A stretch of 63,606 nt of DNA, the filler included, from Globobulimina sp. (lineage: Eukaryota), in assembly GCA_003354225.1 (NCBI GenBank). It is 45 parts of 45 records of this genome, joined end to end, with 100 filler letters (N's around TTAATTAATTAA, not from the genome) between each part and the next. Parts side by side here need not be neighbours in the genome. Positions count along the whole stretch, not along the records: positions 49,557 to 50,871 come from PIVH01018830.1; positions 50,972 to 52,286 come from PIVH01018831.1; positions 52,387 to 53,701 come from PIVH01018832.1; positions 53,802 to 55,116 come from PIVH01018833.1; positions 55,217 to 56,531 come from PIVH01018834.1; positions 56,632 to 57,946 come from PIVH01018835.1; positions 58,047 to 59,361 come from PIVH01018836.1; positions 59,462 to 60,776 come from PIVH01018837.1; 37 more parts are not named here. One strand, given 5' to 3'. Position numbers and translations under genes: made by a program. Position 1 is the stretch's first letter; each line of letters begins with the position of its first letter. The notes under the pieces are model-generated. The model was not told the DNA's origin. It ran no database searches and saw nothing but the letters and a program-made list of their open reading frames with translations. This document shows positions 49,557 to 61,951 of the stretch, in pieces.

Positions 49557-50169
49557 ATGATGACGGCGCATCGTATTGATGCCGAATATATTTCGTATGC
49601 GATCCATACTTATTATCCAATTTATACGTTTCTTTTAACAATTTTGTATTGTGTTGATAAAATTTGCTCGGTTTTTGATGATTTTCCATCAAATTTGTTT
49701 GAACTCCTCGTTGTTTCAAAACATCTTTCTCTTTGTCAGAATTCTTAATTTTAATTAATTCGTCAATTGTGTCTTTTGAGTAATCGCCACTATCGATCGC
49801 GTTTTGAATTGTTTGGCCACTCATCCTTTGAAGTCCTTGATTATACCGTGATTTTTGAGCAGTTTTTTTCTGAGAATATGAAGGATTTGAATTTGTATCA
49901 TTTGAACGACCATAATTTGAATGACCATAATTTGAATGACCATACGCTGAATTTGAAGAAACATATTTTGGTTTATTACTGGATACATGCGCAACATTCT
50001 GATTTTCATAATTTCCATAATAAGCAGCATTCTGTTTTTTCATGTTTGTTGTAAGTCCATGCATACAAACACTACAATAATAACTGCCATTCGCTGGAAG
50101 ATACGTCATAAGATTACGGCTGCCATAATTATTCATGCATTGAGGACAAGTTGGACGCTGTGAAGCCAT
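49557..50169 (-). CDS. Hypothetical protein with N-terminal CxxC...CxxC zinc finger, 3'-partial
   Basis: CPQC...CSVC; YGHSN repeats. Confidence 0.5.
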
Positions 50170-50387
50170 TGTTTTAGTTGAAATCAAAGCCGAAGAAGAA
50201 AAAGTTGTGGTGATGGTACTAGAGTTTTCCGGTTTGACCTTGGTTTTGCTCATGAACAACTTTTTTGTGAATTGTTAGAGAAAAAGCTAGCTTAAGTAAA
50301 TGTTCGTCTCATGTTCTCGTCTCGAGTAGAAACTGTAACCAAAGATTGTATTGTATTATAAAGATTTTATTCAATCTAATTATTTTG

Positions 50388-50661
50388 GGAAGGAAAATAG
50401 GTTAAAAATATAATGTTAAAAGATGCGCCCATCTAGTGAATTGATTGCATTCTTAGTGAACATTTTAAGGTTTTTCATATAATGTTAAAAACGAAAACTT
50501 TATTTAATCGCTTAGATTTCTAAAAAACATGCTCGCAAGCATAATAAACTACTCTACCTTATAATTAACATTTCATATTTCATCATGCATAAAAAAACGT
50601 TTTTAACATTTTTAATAAAATGTTATCTTTTAACATTTTATTTATAACCTATTTTCCTTCC
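50388..50661. mobile_element. 274-bp MITE of the GGAAGGAAAATAGG-TIR family
   Basis: About 37-bp TIR with 2 mismatches; interior differs from 36943-37133. Confidence 0.85.
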
Positions 50662-51672
50662 ATCATTATTTTCTTCAATATCGTTATCTTTTCTTTCATT
50701 CTCACATATTTTCTTATTTTTAGCAAATTGCATAAATGCATTTCATGAATATCGTTTATTTTGCTTTCTGCCATATTTAATATCTTCTGCTGTTAATGTT
50801 GATGACTCTAAAGTGATCTTATCATATATAAACCAATCTTCCTCCTTGTTTGTCTTTGGATTTACTTTCCGNNNNNNNNNNNNNNNNNNNNNNNNNNNNN
50901 NNNNNNNNNNNNNNNTTAATTAATTAANNNNNNNNNNNNNNNNNNNNNNNNNNNNNNNNNNNNNNNNNNNNAAAGACATTTCTTTATCGCCATCGCCCAA
51001 CAACCACAATATAGAACATTGCGAATCTTTCCATTTTAATAATTCAATGAAAGAATTCATTTGCACCGCATCTAAGTATTTTTTTGTATATATTTAAATT
51101 ATAAAAATAAATAAGTACCGTATCTGAAAATAGTTCGAAGACCGAGGTACATATATTGTATAATTTGCAAACCTGAAAAAAATGAAAGTTGAGAAGCAAA
51201 GCAATGTTTTAATTCATCAATATATTTCTTGGGATTATAAATCCATTTTTTTTTCAATGGCAACAGCAACAGACATGTGTATAATTTATGAGATGGACAT
51301 TCTTGCCATGTTTGATAAAAACCAATTAAACTGACAAATACTATGCGTCTTTCATCCAACGATTTGATATCAATATTTTTCTCATTATGGCTGTTCGTAT
51401 GTTTATATTTTATTATAAAATCATCGTATGAATGCACGTTGGTCTTGCTTTTCCTGATTGTGTTAATTTTGGATTTTACAGATCTCCACAAATTGGAAAC
51501 GTGTTTAGTTTTTCTGTTTGAGAACATGTCCGAGACCATTTGATTGCCCATGTTTCGTTGATAAGTTTTAAATGAAATTGTAACAAGTTTAAAGTTTTTG
51601 GATTATGAACGCATTGCTACAAGTGAGTAAGTTGTGTTATTTGTTGGGAGAACACTATTATTCTACTATTTT

Positions 51673-52248
51673 TTACCTTGTATATCTTCTGCATTTGTGT
51701 GCAAATACTTGAAGGTATTCACATTCAAGCCGATGAGTAGTGTTCCATGATTTTTTTTGACAATGTCTGCTGCAATAATACATTCTGCGACATCCTGAGC
51801 ATTTTCTAAGTTTGGTTGTTAATGATTTGATGGCATTGCATGTTCTGCATTTGTGTTTGTATGATGGCCATGGCAATGTAAGGCCTTGCATTTCCATCCA
51901 TTCTTCATAAATGATCTTTGCTATTCCGTTATCAACTCGCATCAAATCGCGTGGTTGTAAAACAATTGGGAAAAGTGCATATGGCACCAAATTGACGGCC
52001 AATGACGAGCCGTTTATGCCTGCAAACCAGTAATCGCTTGTGTTGTCATTATACACAACCACATAATACATATATTCCCTTTTGTCATTGATGAGCGCTG
52101 CTAAATGTACAAAAGAATTCCAAGCAGTGCAATCCCATTTTGTTAATGGCTGCATTATGTCATAAAGCTGCGTTCGTATTTGACCTTCGCTGAATTCGTA
52201 TTTGTCCAATACAGCAAATTTAGCAGTTGCATAGTCGATTGCTTCCAT
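51673..52248 (-). CDS. MYND zinc-finger protein
   Basis: CRTC...KLRKCSGCRRMYYCSRHCQKKSW..THRLEC. Confidence 0.85.
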   Translation of the reverse strand: MEAIDYATAKFAVLDKYEFSEGQIRTQLYDIMQPLTKWDCTAWNSFVHLAALINDKREYMYYVVVYNDNTSDYWFAGINGSSLAVNLVPYALFPIVLQPRDLMRVDNGIAKIIYEEWMEMQGLTLPWPSYKHKCRTCNAIKSLTTKLRKCSGCRRMYYCSRHCQKKSWNTTHRLECEYLQVFAHKCRRYTR

Positions 52249-53095
52249 AATCTACAATATCGAGTTAAAAAAAACGGAATAATTCANNNNNNNNNNNNNN
52301 NNNNNNNNNNNNNNNNNNNNNNNNNNNNNNTTAATTAATTAANNNNNNNNNNNNNNNNNNNNNNNNNNNNNNNNNNNNNNNNNNNNATGCGTTTTTAAAG
52401 CCATTTTGTGACGTTTTTTAGACATTTACAGCCAATATTGATCGAAAATAGAGCGATTTATGTATATGCTTTTTGCAGTGATTTTGATCCAAAAAATCGT
52501 CATTTTCGAAAATTTTCAGGCCGCCCATTGTTCGAGCAGGTTGGCCCATTTGGGAGGGAGAATCCCCCATCCATCCAAACGCAACAACTATGACAGTACA
52601 CTATTCATAAATACATAAATTTCATGATATGAGAGTTCTCAAAAATTGTGCCCCACCAGGCCCCACCTAGCCTAGAATTTCGAACTGAAAATCTATAATT
52701 TTTCCAATGTTTTCGACAACATACAATATATAGTATATGGATATATTCACACTTTTCCTTTCAACAAAGTACCACACTTTTTCATACAGTAGCTTCTACA
52801 AAATTTTCGCTTGAAAATCCTAATTTTCGCGCATTTTAAACAACAGGAAAGCACTAAAAGGTCAATTTGATAGGAAAAATTTGTCAAAAAGATACTTTTC
52901 TCAATTTTGCACTTTAACTACACTGTTCTCGATTGTGGCCGCACCTTTGCCGTACAGTAACTAAAGTTTGTCTAAAAAAGGTTGGCCTAAGGTTTTTAAA
53001 AACCGAACAAACTCTGGACATTTATATACCAAAATGTTCCTTAGGCTATGGAAACATTGCTCTGGCATGCATTTCCTGATTCCCGATAATATCCT

Positions 53096-53665
53096 TTTCC
53101 GTGTGACTTCAAAAATGAAATACAAGTAAACCATTCGATTCTTCTCGTCATTTTGAACATTTTTGATATCCTGAAAGAAATCTCTAAAGTGCATCCCTGG
53201 TGAGCTCTGCTCGAATGAATGCGACCAGGTAGGACGAAAAGTGGAAAAAATTGCCAAAAATGGCCAAAAACAGTTTTTCTGTGGGGACGCCAAAGGTGTG
53301 CTTTAAACTGCTGGAAATCCTTTCGAGTATGTACAACTTTAAATGCACATCGATTGGCCAAGATTTTGGATTTCGAGCAGTTTAAAGCACACATTTGGTA
53401 CAAATTTTTAATCCCCCCAGGAAATTTCCGGGACCCCCCCCCAGGGCCGTCGAGCTTAAGCACCTATGAACAAGAAAAGAAAAACTGTTTTTGTCACTTT
53501 CGTGCCTTTTTTCCACTTTTCGGCCTACCTGGTCACACTCAATCGAGCATACATAGCTCGTCAGGGATGCATTTTACAGATTTCTTTCAGGACATCAAAA
53601 ACGTTCAATATGATGGGAGGAATTGAATGGTATACTTGTATTTCACTTTTGAAGTCACACGGAAA
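53096..53665. repeat. Foldback structure: about 185-bp diverged inverted repeats (53096-53280 / 53478-53665) enclosing a second hairpin (53290-53398)
   Basis: TTTCCGTGTGACTTCAAAA...CAGTTTTTCT versus AGAAAAACTG...TTTTGAAGTCACACGGAAA; inner GTGTGCTTTAAACTGCT / AGCAGTTTAAAGCACAC. Confidence 0.85.
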
Positions 53666-53886
53666 CGCGTATTTTTTTGTTTCAACAAAATTGGAGGTTA
53701 ANNNNNNNNNNNNNNNNNNNNNNNNNNNNNNNNNNNNNNNNNNNNTTAATTAATTAANNNNNNNNNNNNNNNNNNNNNNNNNNNNNNNNNNNNNNNNNNN
53801 NTCCCGATTTTGTATTAAATTAATACGAAACCGATTCAAAGCAATCTAAATATCGGCTCTCCCAAAAGAGCATAAGTCATCGCAAC

Positions 53887-55116
53887 ATGGCCAGCGATCT
53901 TAAAGATTACGTTTATGAATGCTGTAATCGCGACGTCGACGTCAGCGGGACATCAATATTATGCGAAGTTGGGAATTTGGAAGAAAATGCATGCAATACA
54001 TGGATCCATGATCGCTGTTTGGGTGCGGACGACAGAGCGAGGTATTTAGCAGAAGGCGGGGAACAATTTCAATGGTTTTGCGAGCAACATGGCGTTGGGA
54101 TGAATTTGGACGCGGATTCGGGTCATTTGAATGAAAACGATGATGATTTTGCAGACTGCGACGAGGAGGATGATGATATTTTGCCTGGTTTGTTTTTTTT
54201 ATTTTATCTTATTTTGTAATGTGTTTTATATGATATAAAACACAGAAAAGCAGCGAACACGACGACGAACGACGAAAAAAAGAGCAAAACGTGCATTTAG
54301 TCATAGTGCGCCTCCACGGGGCGAAAAAGAAGAGGCATCGCCGCCACCCAAACGATTTAAAGAAATGAAGAAAGAAAGCAGCGAAGATATTGAGTATTTA
54401 TCGCAAATCAAGAAATATGAGACGTTATGGAATCGTTTCAAACGATTCAAAAAACAAAAAGCAGATCATTTGGAGATGGAAATATCAGAGGAGCCATATG
54501 ACTCCACTTATAATATGACGCAGACCGCGCCATCGCCGCCACCACAAAAAGCCATTGAACCGTATCAAACGCGGTCGATTATGAAGAAAAAGGCATTGGG
54601 AGCATCGCAAGCCGCAAACCAAGCGGTCGTACGCTATAAAAAGAAGAAAATAAAATTCCTCATTTCGAGTGAGGAATATGAGTCCCCGCCACGCCAACCG
54701 CCATCAAAGCAGTTATCCGCAGATCATATGAATTTCAGTGATGATGATGACGTATTAAATGATCCCACCGTGCCATGGCCGGCCACCCTACGATGAAAAC
54801 GCCGTCGTAAGCATAAAATATTCGATGGATATACAAATGTAAGTAATTTTATCCATGACACAACGGATAATAACAATAACAGCAATAATGTGCCTTTATT
54901 TCATGGCGACCGGCATGACGGACGAATGCGGGAAATGGAGCTCGATCCAACCTGCGGTATCAAAGAGGATTTTGCGGTGTTTGGGTATCGGCAAAACGCC
55001 ACCAAAAGTCAGCTCGCTATGGTCCCGGCGTTCGAAGAAATTAAAATGGACCCAAATGCAGCGGCATTTAACATATTATTGGCGTACACAAAAAAATATC
55101 CCTCCGATAGATTTTT
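53887..55116 (+). pseudogene. PHD-finger protein, intron 54188-54245, one premature TGA (54794-54796)
   Basis: CC...ILCE...CNTWIHDRC...WFCEQH; spliced frame continues through ORFs 54365 and 54890 except for one TGA. Confidence 0.65.
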
Positions 55117-55477
55117 NNNNNNNNNNNNNNNNNNNNNNNNNNNNNNNNNNNNNNNNNNNNTTAATTAATTAANNNNNNNNNNNNNNNNNNNNNNNNNNNN
55201 NNNNNNNNNNNNNNNNAAAAGTGAAGCACTCAAATGTTAGTAAAAATAGAAAATTTAAATGTTGATTGAAGAAATGAACTAAAAGCAAAAACCCTAATCA
55301 TGATTTAGCTTTTATAATTTGTGTGTTCGTACGTCAATAGTTTTAAAGTTTAAGTTTAAACTCAGAAACATAATAAGCTTTCCATTAACTTTATACTATA
55401 TATATAATTTTTCATATTAAGATCAGACTAATTCAGACAACTCCCAAATGAAATATGCTAGCTAGTGGTTTCATATC

Positions 55478-55591
55478 CACTGCAGACAAACTGCAGTCAC
55501 AACTATCGAGCTAATTTATTGTGGTGAGCGATCAACTCCAAAAGTTGAAGTCCGATCTGACACCACAATGAAAATTAGCTCAATAGTTGTG
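55478..55591. mobile_element. Second copy of the palindromic CACTG MITE-like element (right end truncated)
   Basis: Near-identical to 29186-29295. Confidence 0.8.
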
Positions 55592-55788
55592 GGGTGGGTG
55601 GTGTTGGGATTAGGTGATATGTCTAGTGGGGAATCCAAACAAAAAATATATCAAACTGCTCTAAAATGTATCTGATTATGGGAATAAAATATTTATCATC
55701 AAACTTTTGAAAGTAGTATTGGGACAAAATAGTCTCACAGTTTGAACATCCCTGTGAGGGTTGAAAACCAACAAAGCGGATCAATCTT

Positions 55789-56455
55789 TTAAATATAAAA
55801 AGATTGAGAGTCAATCCAAGTCAACACATGATTACATAAATGAGGCAGATTGTGAACAATTTTGATGCCTTCTTTTTCAATATCATTGCACATAAATGAT
55901 TGCATTGCCTGATCTGCCATTTCTTGCGATTTATATCTTATCACAAATCTATCAATTCCGCGTCGCAAAATATCACAGTCCGTATCAAAGTTTTCATTCA
56001 TTATATTTGTTAAAGAAGAAGCAGTGGTTTTCTTTGGCAATCCATCCAAAGTAATACCATTTAATGGATATCGATATTTATTCTCATTCACATTCGAATT
56101 CGCATTTTTAGCTATATTCTGATTGTTTGCTATCATTGGCAATAAATATAAATCAACACAGTCGACGTCATCCATATAAAACGAATAAATATTTGCAGAT
56201 TTTATAAATTCTGTCAATGAAGGCACAGCAGGAATATATTGATAATTTGTGATAAATTCACTTCTGAATTTTGATAAACTTATCCCATTTGGATATTTAT
56301 TCTGAAAAAAATCATTTATATCGTCATAATAACTTTTATTTTTCACATTTGTAGAAACATTTTGATGTTGCAATGAGATTGGCATTCTTCGTGGATATCT
56401 GTCATAGGAAGCAAACAAAATATTATTTATATCCGTTAATTCCAGTGCCTCGTTC
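55789..56455 (-). CDS. LOTUS/OST-HTH-like + RRM-like protein fragment
   Basis: KYPNGISLSKFRSEF...Y......SLTEFI (LOTUS-like); ITLDGLPKKTT...FVIRYKSQEMADQAM (RRM-like). Confidence 0.55.
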
Positions 56456-56650
56456 CCTGTGTTTCTATCATAAATATGTACGTGTCCATGTAAAAACAAT
56501 TTAGGTTTAAATAAAAGTAGTGTAATCAAGGNNNNNNNNNNNNNNNNNNNNNNNNNNNNNNNNNNNNNNNNNNNNTTAATTAATTAANNNNNNNNNNNNN
56601 NNNNNNNNNNNNNNNNNNNNNNNNNNNNNNNCCGTGATGGTCTTAATGCT

Positions 56651-56835
56651 GTGCTGCTGCAGGTAGGGGCTGGATTCGTGAATCAGGCGGTTGTACATTT
56701 GGGGCTGATCAGATGTTGATTTAGCTTCTGGCTCAGTGGCAAACAGTGCCGTTCGCGGCCAAAGACAGGCAGCTGTGATGGCGAAAAGTATAATCAGATG
56801 CTTTGAGGTTATTTTATTTCTGTAGCAGTTTTTTA
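56651..56835 (-). CDS. Bacterial YyaL/SPATA20-family thioredoxin-domain protein, N-terminal fragment
   Basis: Signal-peptide-like stretch followed by YNRLIHESSPYLQQH. Confidence 0.7.
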
Positions 56836-56848
56836 TCTGACCAACAAG

Positions 56849-57550
56849 ATGGCCTCTCAGTTTAAAATGATAAATGTGTCGAAAGTATCAACGAAGGCAA
56901 AAGATTTGGTTTTTGGATATATTAAAGAATGTCAAACATTATTACCGAATGGCAATGTTTATTATAATATACCACCATTAATTGATATAATATGTTTAAC
57001 CTTTTACTTTATTCGAATGACATTTAATACAAAAAGATGCGGTAAAAATTTAGAATTTATTGGAAATAATATTGTGAAAAAAGGAGGCTCTGAGTATAGA
57101 TGGTCGGTTTGTACATTTGGTCAACAAGTTACTAATAACGATTGTAATGTATTTAATTTACATTTTAAATGGACAAAGGCAGATATTATGTCGTTTGGAT
57201 TTATTACATCCAAAGTTGAGCAATCTATAAATGATTGGTGTATGTACTTGGGAGCTGGCAAAAATGTGACACATTCTGTTGGAATATATGTTGGAAGAGG
57301 CAGTAATCGAATATTACACGATTCAGCTTCGAGTAAAGGACTACAATTGAAATATGATACAGATAAAAATTATGGAGACGGTGATACATTCATTTTATCC
57401 ATTGATTTTGAAGCAAATTCATTCACAGTGTATCATAATGATAACAAATGTGATTCATTCTCATTACTAAATGCACAAAAAATCATTCCTGCATTTTCTT
57501 TGTACGGCAAAGACCAACAGATTCAAGTCTTAAAATATGAATTTAAATGA
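56849..57550 (+). CDS. SPRY/B30.2-like beta-sandwich protein of an expanded protist family
   Basis: LVFGYIKE...IPPLI..ICL.FY N-terminus; MSFGFI, GDTFILSIDF...FTVYHN, IIPAFSL. Confidence 0.6.
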   Translation: MASQFKMINVSKVSTKAKDLVFGYIKECQTLLPNGNVYYNIPPLIDIICLTFYFIRMTFNTKRCGKNLEFIGNNIVKKGGSEYRWSVCTFGQQVTNNDCNVFNLHFKWTKADIMSFGFITSKVEQSINDWCMYLGAGKNVTHSVGIYVGRGSNRILHDSASSKGLQLKYDTDKNYGDGDTFILSIDFEANSFTVYHNDNKCDSFSLLNAQKIIPAFSLYGKDQQIQVLKYEFK

Positions 57551-58046
57551 AACTAACTATTTATAGCAACTCTTAATGAGTGAAGCAACATTTTGGACAT
57601 ACAGTATTTCAGTGTCTTCTCATTATTCATCACATTTACATTATACTTTTGTTATTCAACATTGCCTGTTATATATTCTAAAATCACGCAATAAAAAAAA
57701 TCATGTTTTTTACCACTCAAAAACATTCCTTCTACTTTTCTGTCCACAATGGATGCTGCCAATAATTCCAAATAGGTTTCGAGTTTCATCGTTGGGTTCT
57801 TTCCTAGTAATACTCTTCATTCGGACGACCGGAGCTTCGCTCGATAGTCTCCATCCGTGGACGTGTCGCCCTCGATCCGCAGCGTGTGCGGGCCGGAGGT
57901 CGTCACCGTGCGGGCCAACGTCGTACGCGCGCCGCTCGTGACGCCGNNNNNNNNNNNNNNNNNNNNNNNNNNNNNNNNNNNNNNNNNNNNTTAATTAATT
58001 AANNNNNNNNNNNNNNNNNNNNNNNNNNNNNNNNNNNNNNNNNNNN

Positions 58047-59062
58047 AAACGACACGCGGAGGGGATACAAAAACAGACATCTGTATGTTTCACAAATATC
58101 ATTGAAATGATTTCAGCCACGATTTGAAGAGCAGTCAATGTTCCAATAGTAAATCCTGCCAATACCGGGCTGCGTGACAAAGAAAGTAAAATCACTCCAA
58201 ATGTATATTCTATCACAATAACTAGCAATGAGCCGATTCGCTTGGTTTGTACCGAAAAAACAAGACATTCTCGGCACCACGAAACCACCATCAAACATAT
58301 AAACTGAATAATAACTACCACAGCAACGTTAATAGTCATACTTTTGCCGGGATCTTCAAAACTTAACGCCAACATATCTTCAATCAGCAACGATAACGGC
58401 ACTACTATTTCTTGTAAATATGGGTCAAACGCTGGAGCTTCTAATGTCTCACTTGTCTCCTTTGTCTCATTCTCATTTGTCTCATTTGTCTCATTTGGTT
58501 CACTGGACTCACTTGGCGCACTTCGATGTTTCCAATAAAAAAAATAAAAAGTCACAGCATTTGCGGTTAAACTCAAAATAAAAAATATTACAGTGGTAAC
58601 GATGAATTCAGCGCTATTTATATCCACTGAAAAATCGATACCAGCCGTGTTTTCTCTCGAAATGATGGGGTTTACCAAGAACTGAGCCACCACTTTCGGC
58701 ACATCACCAATGAGGACCTTTTGCCAATCATAGGCTGGCATTCTGGAGCCTTGATAATAAAATTCCCATTTACTACTCGTCAATTTAAATTCTAATCTGA
58801 TTGGCTCGTCAGGATCGGATGACAAATACATGTCTTTATCTAGTAAATAATCATTGTGATACACGGAATTATAATTGCTCTTAATAACGACACCGTACTC
58901 CTTAACCTGGAAATACATAACAACGCGGGTTTCTGTCGGGTATAACGGGGACGGGTTCGCATACAAAGTGATAGTGTATAATGTGGAAGAGCTCTCTGGA
59001 TCTCTTGTAAATCCATCCGCAACAATTTTTATTGTTTGACCCACACTCAATGACTGATTCAA
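58047..59062 (-). CDS. Membrane protein: galectin-like beta domain followed by several TM helices, partial
   Basis: LSVGQTIKI...EPIRLEF....WEFYYQG, then hydrophobic helices. Confidence 0.4.
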
Positions 59063-59461
59063 ATAGAAATGACCCTCAATGGCGGCAGTTTCAGTGAATT
59101 CAGTAACAGCTGCTGTGGTGTTGACTTGTGCTGTATATTTTTTTTAGAATTGTTTTTTTTAAATTTGACACACAACCTGTCAGATCAAACTTGTCCGTAA
59201 AACATTTGACATGATCCGATATCGATAGATTTATATACCTGAAACTGACCATTCCATACTAATAAACAAAATAAAGATCAAAACCATGGATTGGAATGAT
59301 GCTTCACTTGCTTTTCTATCACTTTTATCGCAAATTGCAATACTTGTATAGTAGTATTGTTNNNNNNNNNNNNNNNNNNNNNNNNNNNNNNNNNNNNNNN
59401 NNNNNTTAATTAATTAANNNNNNNNNNNNNNNNNNNNNNNNNNNNNNNNNNNNNNNNNNNN

Positions 59462-60397
59462 GCGCACACCAACGTTCAACGACACTGCGCCACAATCCGC
59501 TGTGACAAATCCTGTATAATTCCATTTCTCTCTTAATATATCAACCAATAATTCTCGATTCCCGCAAGCTGGAATGCCATTGATCTCATTGTAACTGCAC
59601 ATAATTGACACTGCCTCCACAGCAACGCATGACTCAAATGCTTTTAAATATGTTCCATACCAATCATCGTACCGTACAATGGAATCAAAGCTCGCTCGAT
59701 GTCCTCCACCGGAATGAACATCAAAATGTTTGCACGTTGCACCAATTTGCACATAATTTGGTTGCTGTGCATTATATTGTAAATCATGAATAAACCCTTT
59801 GGATAATTCCGATGTCAACAAAGGATCCTCGCCAAAGCTCTCCTGGCATCTCCCCTTTTTTTTGCGAATGGAATAAATTGTTTATTGAAGTGGCAGTGAA
59901 CAGGGACATACCCATCGAGGGTCTCTGCAAATGTTAACATTGGGGCCACCACAAATTAATCCTTGTCCGTGGCCGGAGTCATATTTAGTGCCCGCTGCTG
60001 TGTTGTATGCTGCTCTGCTCTCATCAGAGATGGCTCGCGCCATAAGTTTAAAATAATTGCGATCCCACGATTGACTCAGTGTCACTGTTTGGGGAAACAA
60101 TGTGGTTGGATGCGACTGCCGAGAATCGACATCTTTCCAATTGGCGCCATGCGAACAAGTCACTGATTGCAATGGCGGTAAGGCCAGACGTGATACACCG
60201 CCTTGATTGCGGTTTGTCAAATTAACTTTTTCATGCAATGTTAACCTTGAAAATAAATCATTTACGCGTTGGTTGAGTGGTAATGATATATTGCAATATG
60301 CGTATGCTTTGAATGGTGAATCGAGACATGTTGGAGAATACTGACAACTGATAATATCGCTCGAAATTACATACAAAACAAGAAAACGAACGAACAT
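59462..60397 (-). CDS. Glycoside hydrolase family 3 (beta-xylosidase-like), intron 59855-59911, 3'-partial
   Basis: Signal peptide; FPQ....SW; PNVNICRDPRW|GRCQESFGEDP; CKHF; IMCSYNEINGIPAC; GFVTADC. Confidence 0.92.
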
Positions 60398-60876
60398 TGT
60401 TTTTCTTACTATGTCGGGTTTTAAATTAAAATGAGACTTTTTGGACAGTGTGTAGTGGGTCAGACCACTAGCTATAGGTTTTCGACAATTCTAATTCAAA
60501 CATGGAACTTGGACAGTGATTATACAAATAACCAAACCGCCGTATTAATCCGCTACAACACCGATAATTTACAACGCAGTCAATTTAGGAATAATCTGAC
60601 AGTTACCATCTCTAATAATAATATAATTTTATAATCTGTCGGCAATCTGTTAGGGAGACAATATAGACACAGCCAATAATCAAAAATGAAAAGAATACGC
60701 AAATAATCACAATACGAGTCTCGAGTCTCTTCGGTTGCAATCTGTCAGTCATTCTATACCCAATCACAAATAAATANNNNNNNNNNNNNNNNNNNNNNNN
60801 NNNNNNNNNNNNNNNNNNNNTTAATTAATTAANNNNNNNNNNNNNNNNNNNNNNNNNNNNNNNNNNNNNNNNNNNN

Positions 60877-61542
60877 GATGTAAACATCAGGGTTGCTTGC
60901 TTTTCTGACCTTAATTCCAACAATTTCCCTCCTAAAAATCATGATTTCGAGTGTATGATTCAAATGTGGTCACACTATGCAAATAATCACAAAGGATTTT
61001 GTGTTGAGTATGATATGTCAACATTGAATCCAAAAAACCTACTCCCTTTAAAGTATAATTTCAGTGATGATCAAGATAACCTTTTAGCAGAAAGAACAAA
61101 GCTTATTACGGTAGCTGGTTTATTCCCTGTAATATATACAGGGAATAGAGTGAATATTCCTAGGACAAAATTACAAAAAATAAAACTGGATGATAACAGT
61201 AAGTTACACCACGATAGTGACATCGATGCACTATTATACAAAGCTTTCATAGTTAAATCTGCAGAATGGAACTACGAGAAGGAATGGCGAATTATTGTTG
61301 ATGGTGATATTTGTGAATATTTTGAAAACAAATTGCCTTTTCCATATATAAAGAGAATATTCTTGGGTTGCAAAATGGAGACACATCATATCGACAGCCT
61401 AATAGAAATTGCAGATGAGCTAAATGTCGAAGTCAAATTAATGACTATGGATAATAAAAAGTTTGTCCTTGAGAAACAAAGTATAGATCTATACAAGTTG
61501 GACAAAGAGACCGCTAAATGGAAGAACCCATTTTATGGATAA
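60877..61542 (+). CDS. Bacterial DUF2971 protein, 5'-partial
   Basis: VACFS...MWSHYANNHKGFCVEY...KSAEWNYEKEWR...IFLGCK. Confidence 0.85.
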   Translation, partial: DVNIRVACFSDLNSNNFPPKNHDFECMIQMWSHYANNHKGFCVEYDMSTLNPKNLLPLKYNFSDDQDNLLAERTKLITVAGLFPVIYTGNRVNIPRTKLQKIKLDDNSKLHHDSDIDALLYKAFIVKSAEWNYEKEWRIIVDGDICEYFENKLPFPYIKRIFLGCKMETHHIDSLIEIADELNVEVKLMTMDNKKFVLEKQSIDLYKLDKETAKWKNPFYG

Positions 61543-61951
61543 GTTATTTAGGCTAACAAATCAAATGAAGGGAATAATACCGCTTATTTGGGTGGTTCAA
61601 CTATATTTCATGACAAGTTTCATTCCTGATATTTTCCCACAGTGTTCTTAATAATATATAATCATCCATTCCTAATCTTAACTTCTTCCCAATAGTTAAC
61701 ATTGGGATTTCTATTGTGATGAAAATAAAGCCCCACTCAATGTCTAAGGAATTACAGGGATAGTCTACAGTGGTTATTTGGCATAGAACTGACCTTGTTT
61801 CATAAGTAGTCCTCACGTGTTAATTTTACACTGCCCTTTTTGATTTTAATTGCTTGTTCTTCAAATGATTTATTTGATAGCACTGAACCATAAACTTTGT
61901 CATGGACGTTGTATCGAGCTAAAGTAAACTTTTAAGTACAAGGGATTTTAA

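Noticed and set aside
53041-53753. Overlapping ORFs on both strands with similar peptides
   Set aside because: By-product of the inverted repeat; no protein motifs
2-55116. Alternative genetic code explaining the in-frame stops
   Set aside because: All three stop types occur, they are rare relative to CAA/CAG/TGG, and other genes end normally at TAA, TAG or TGA
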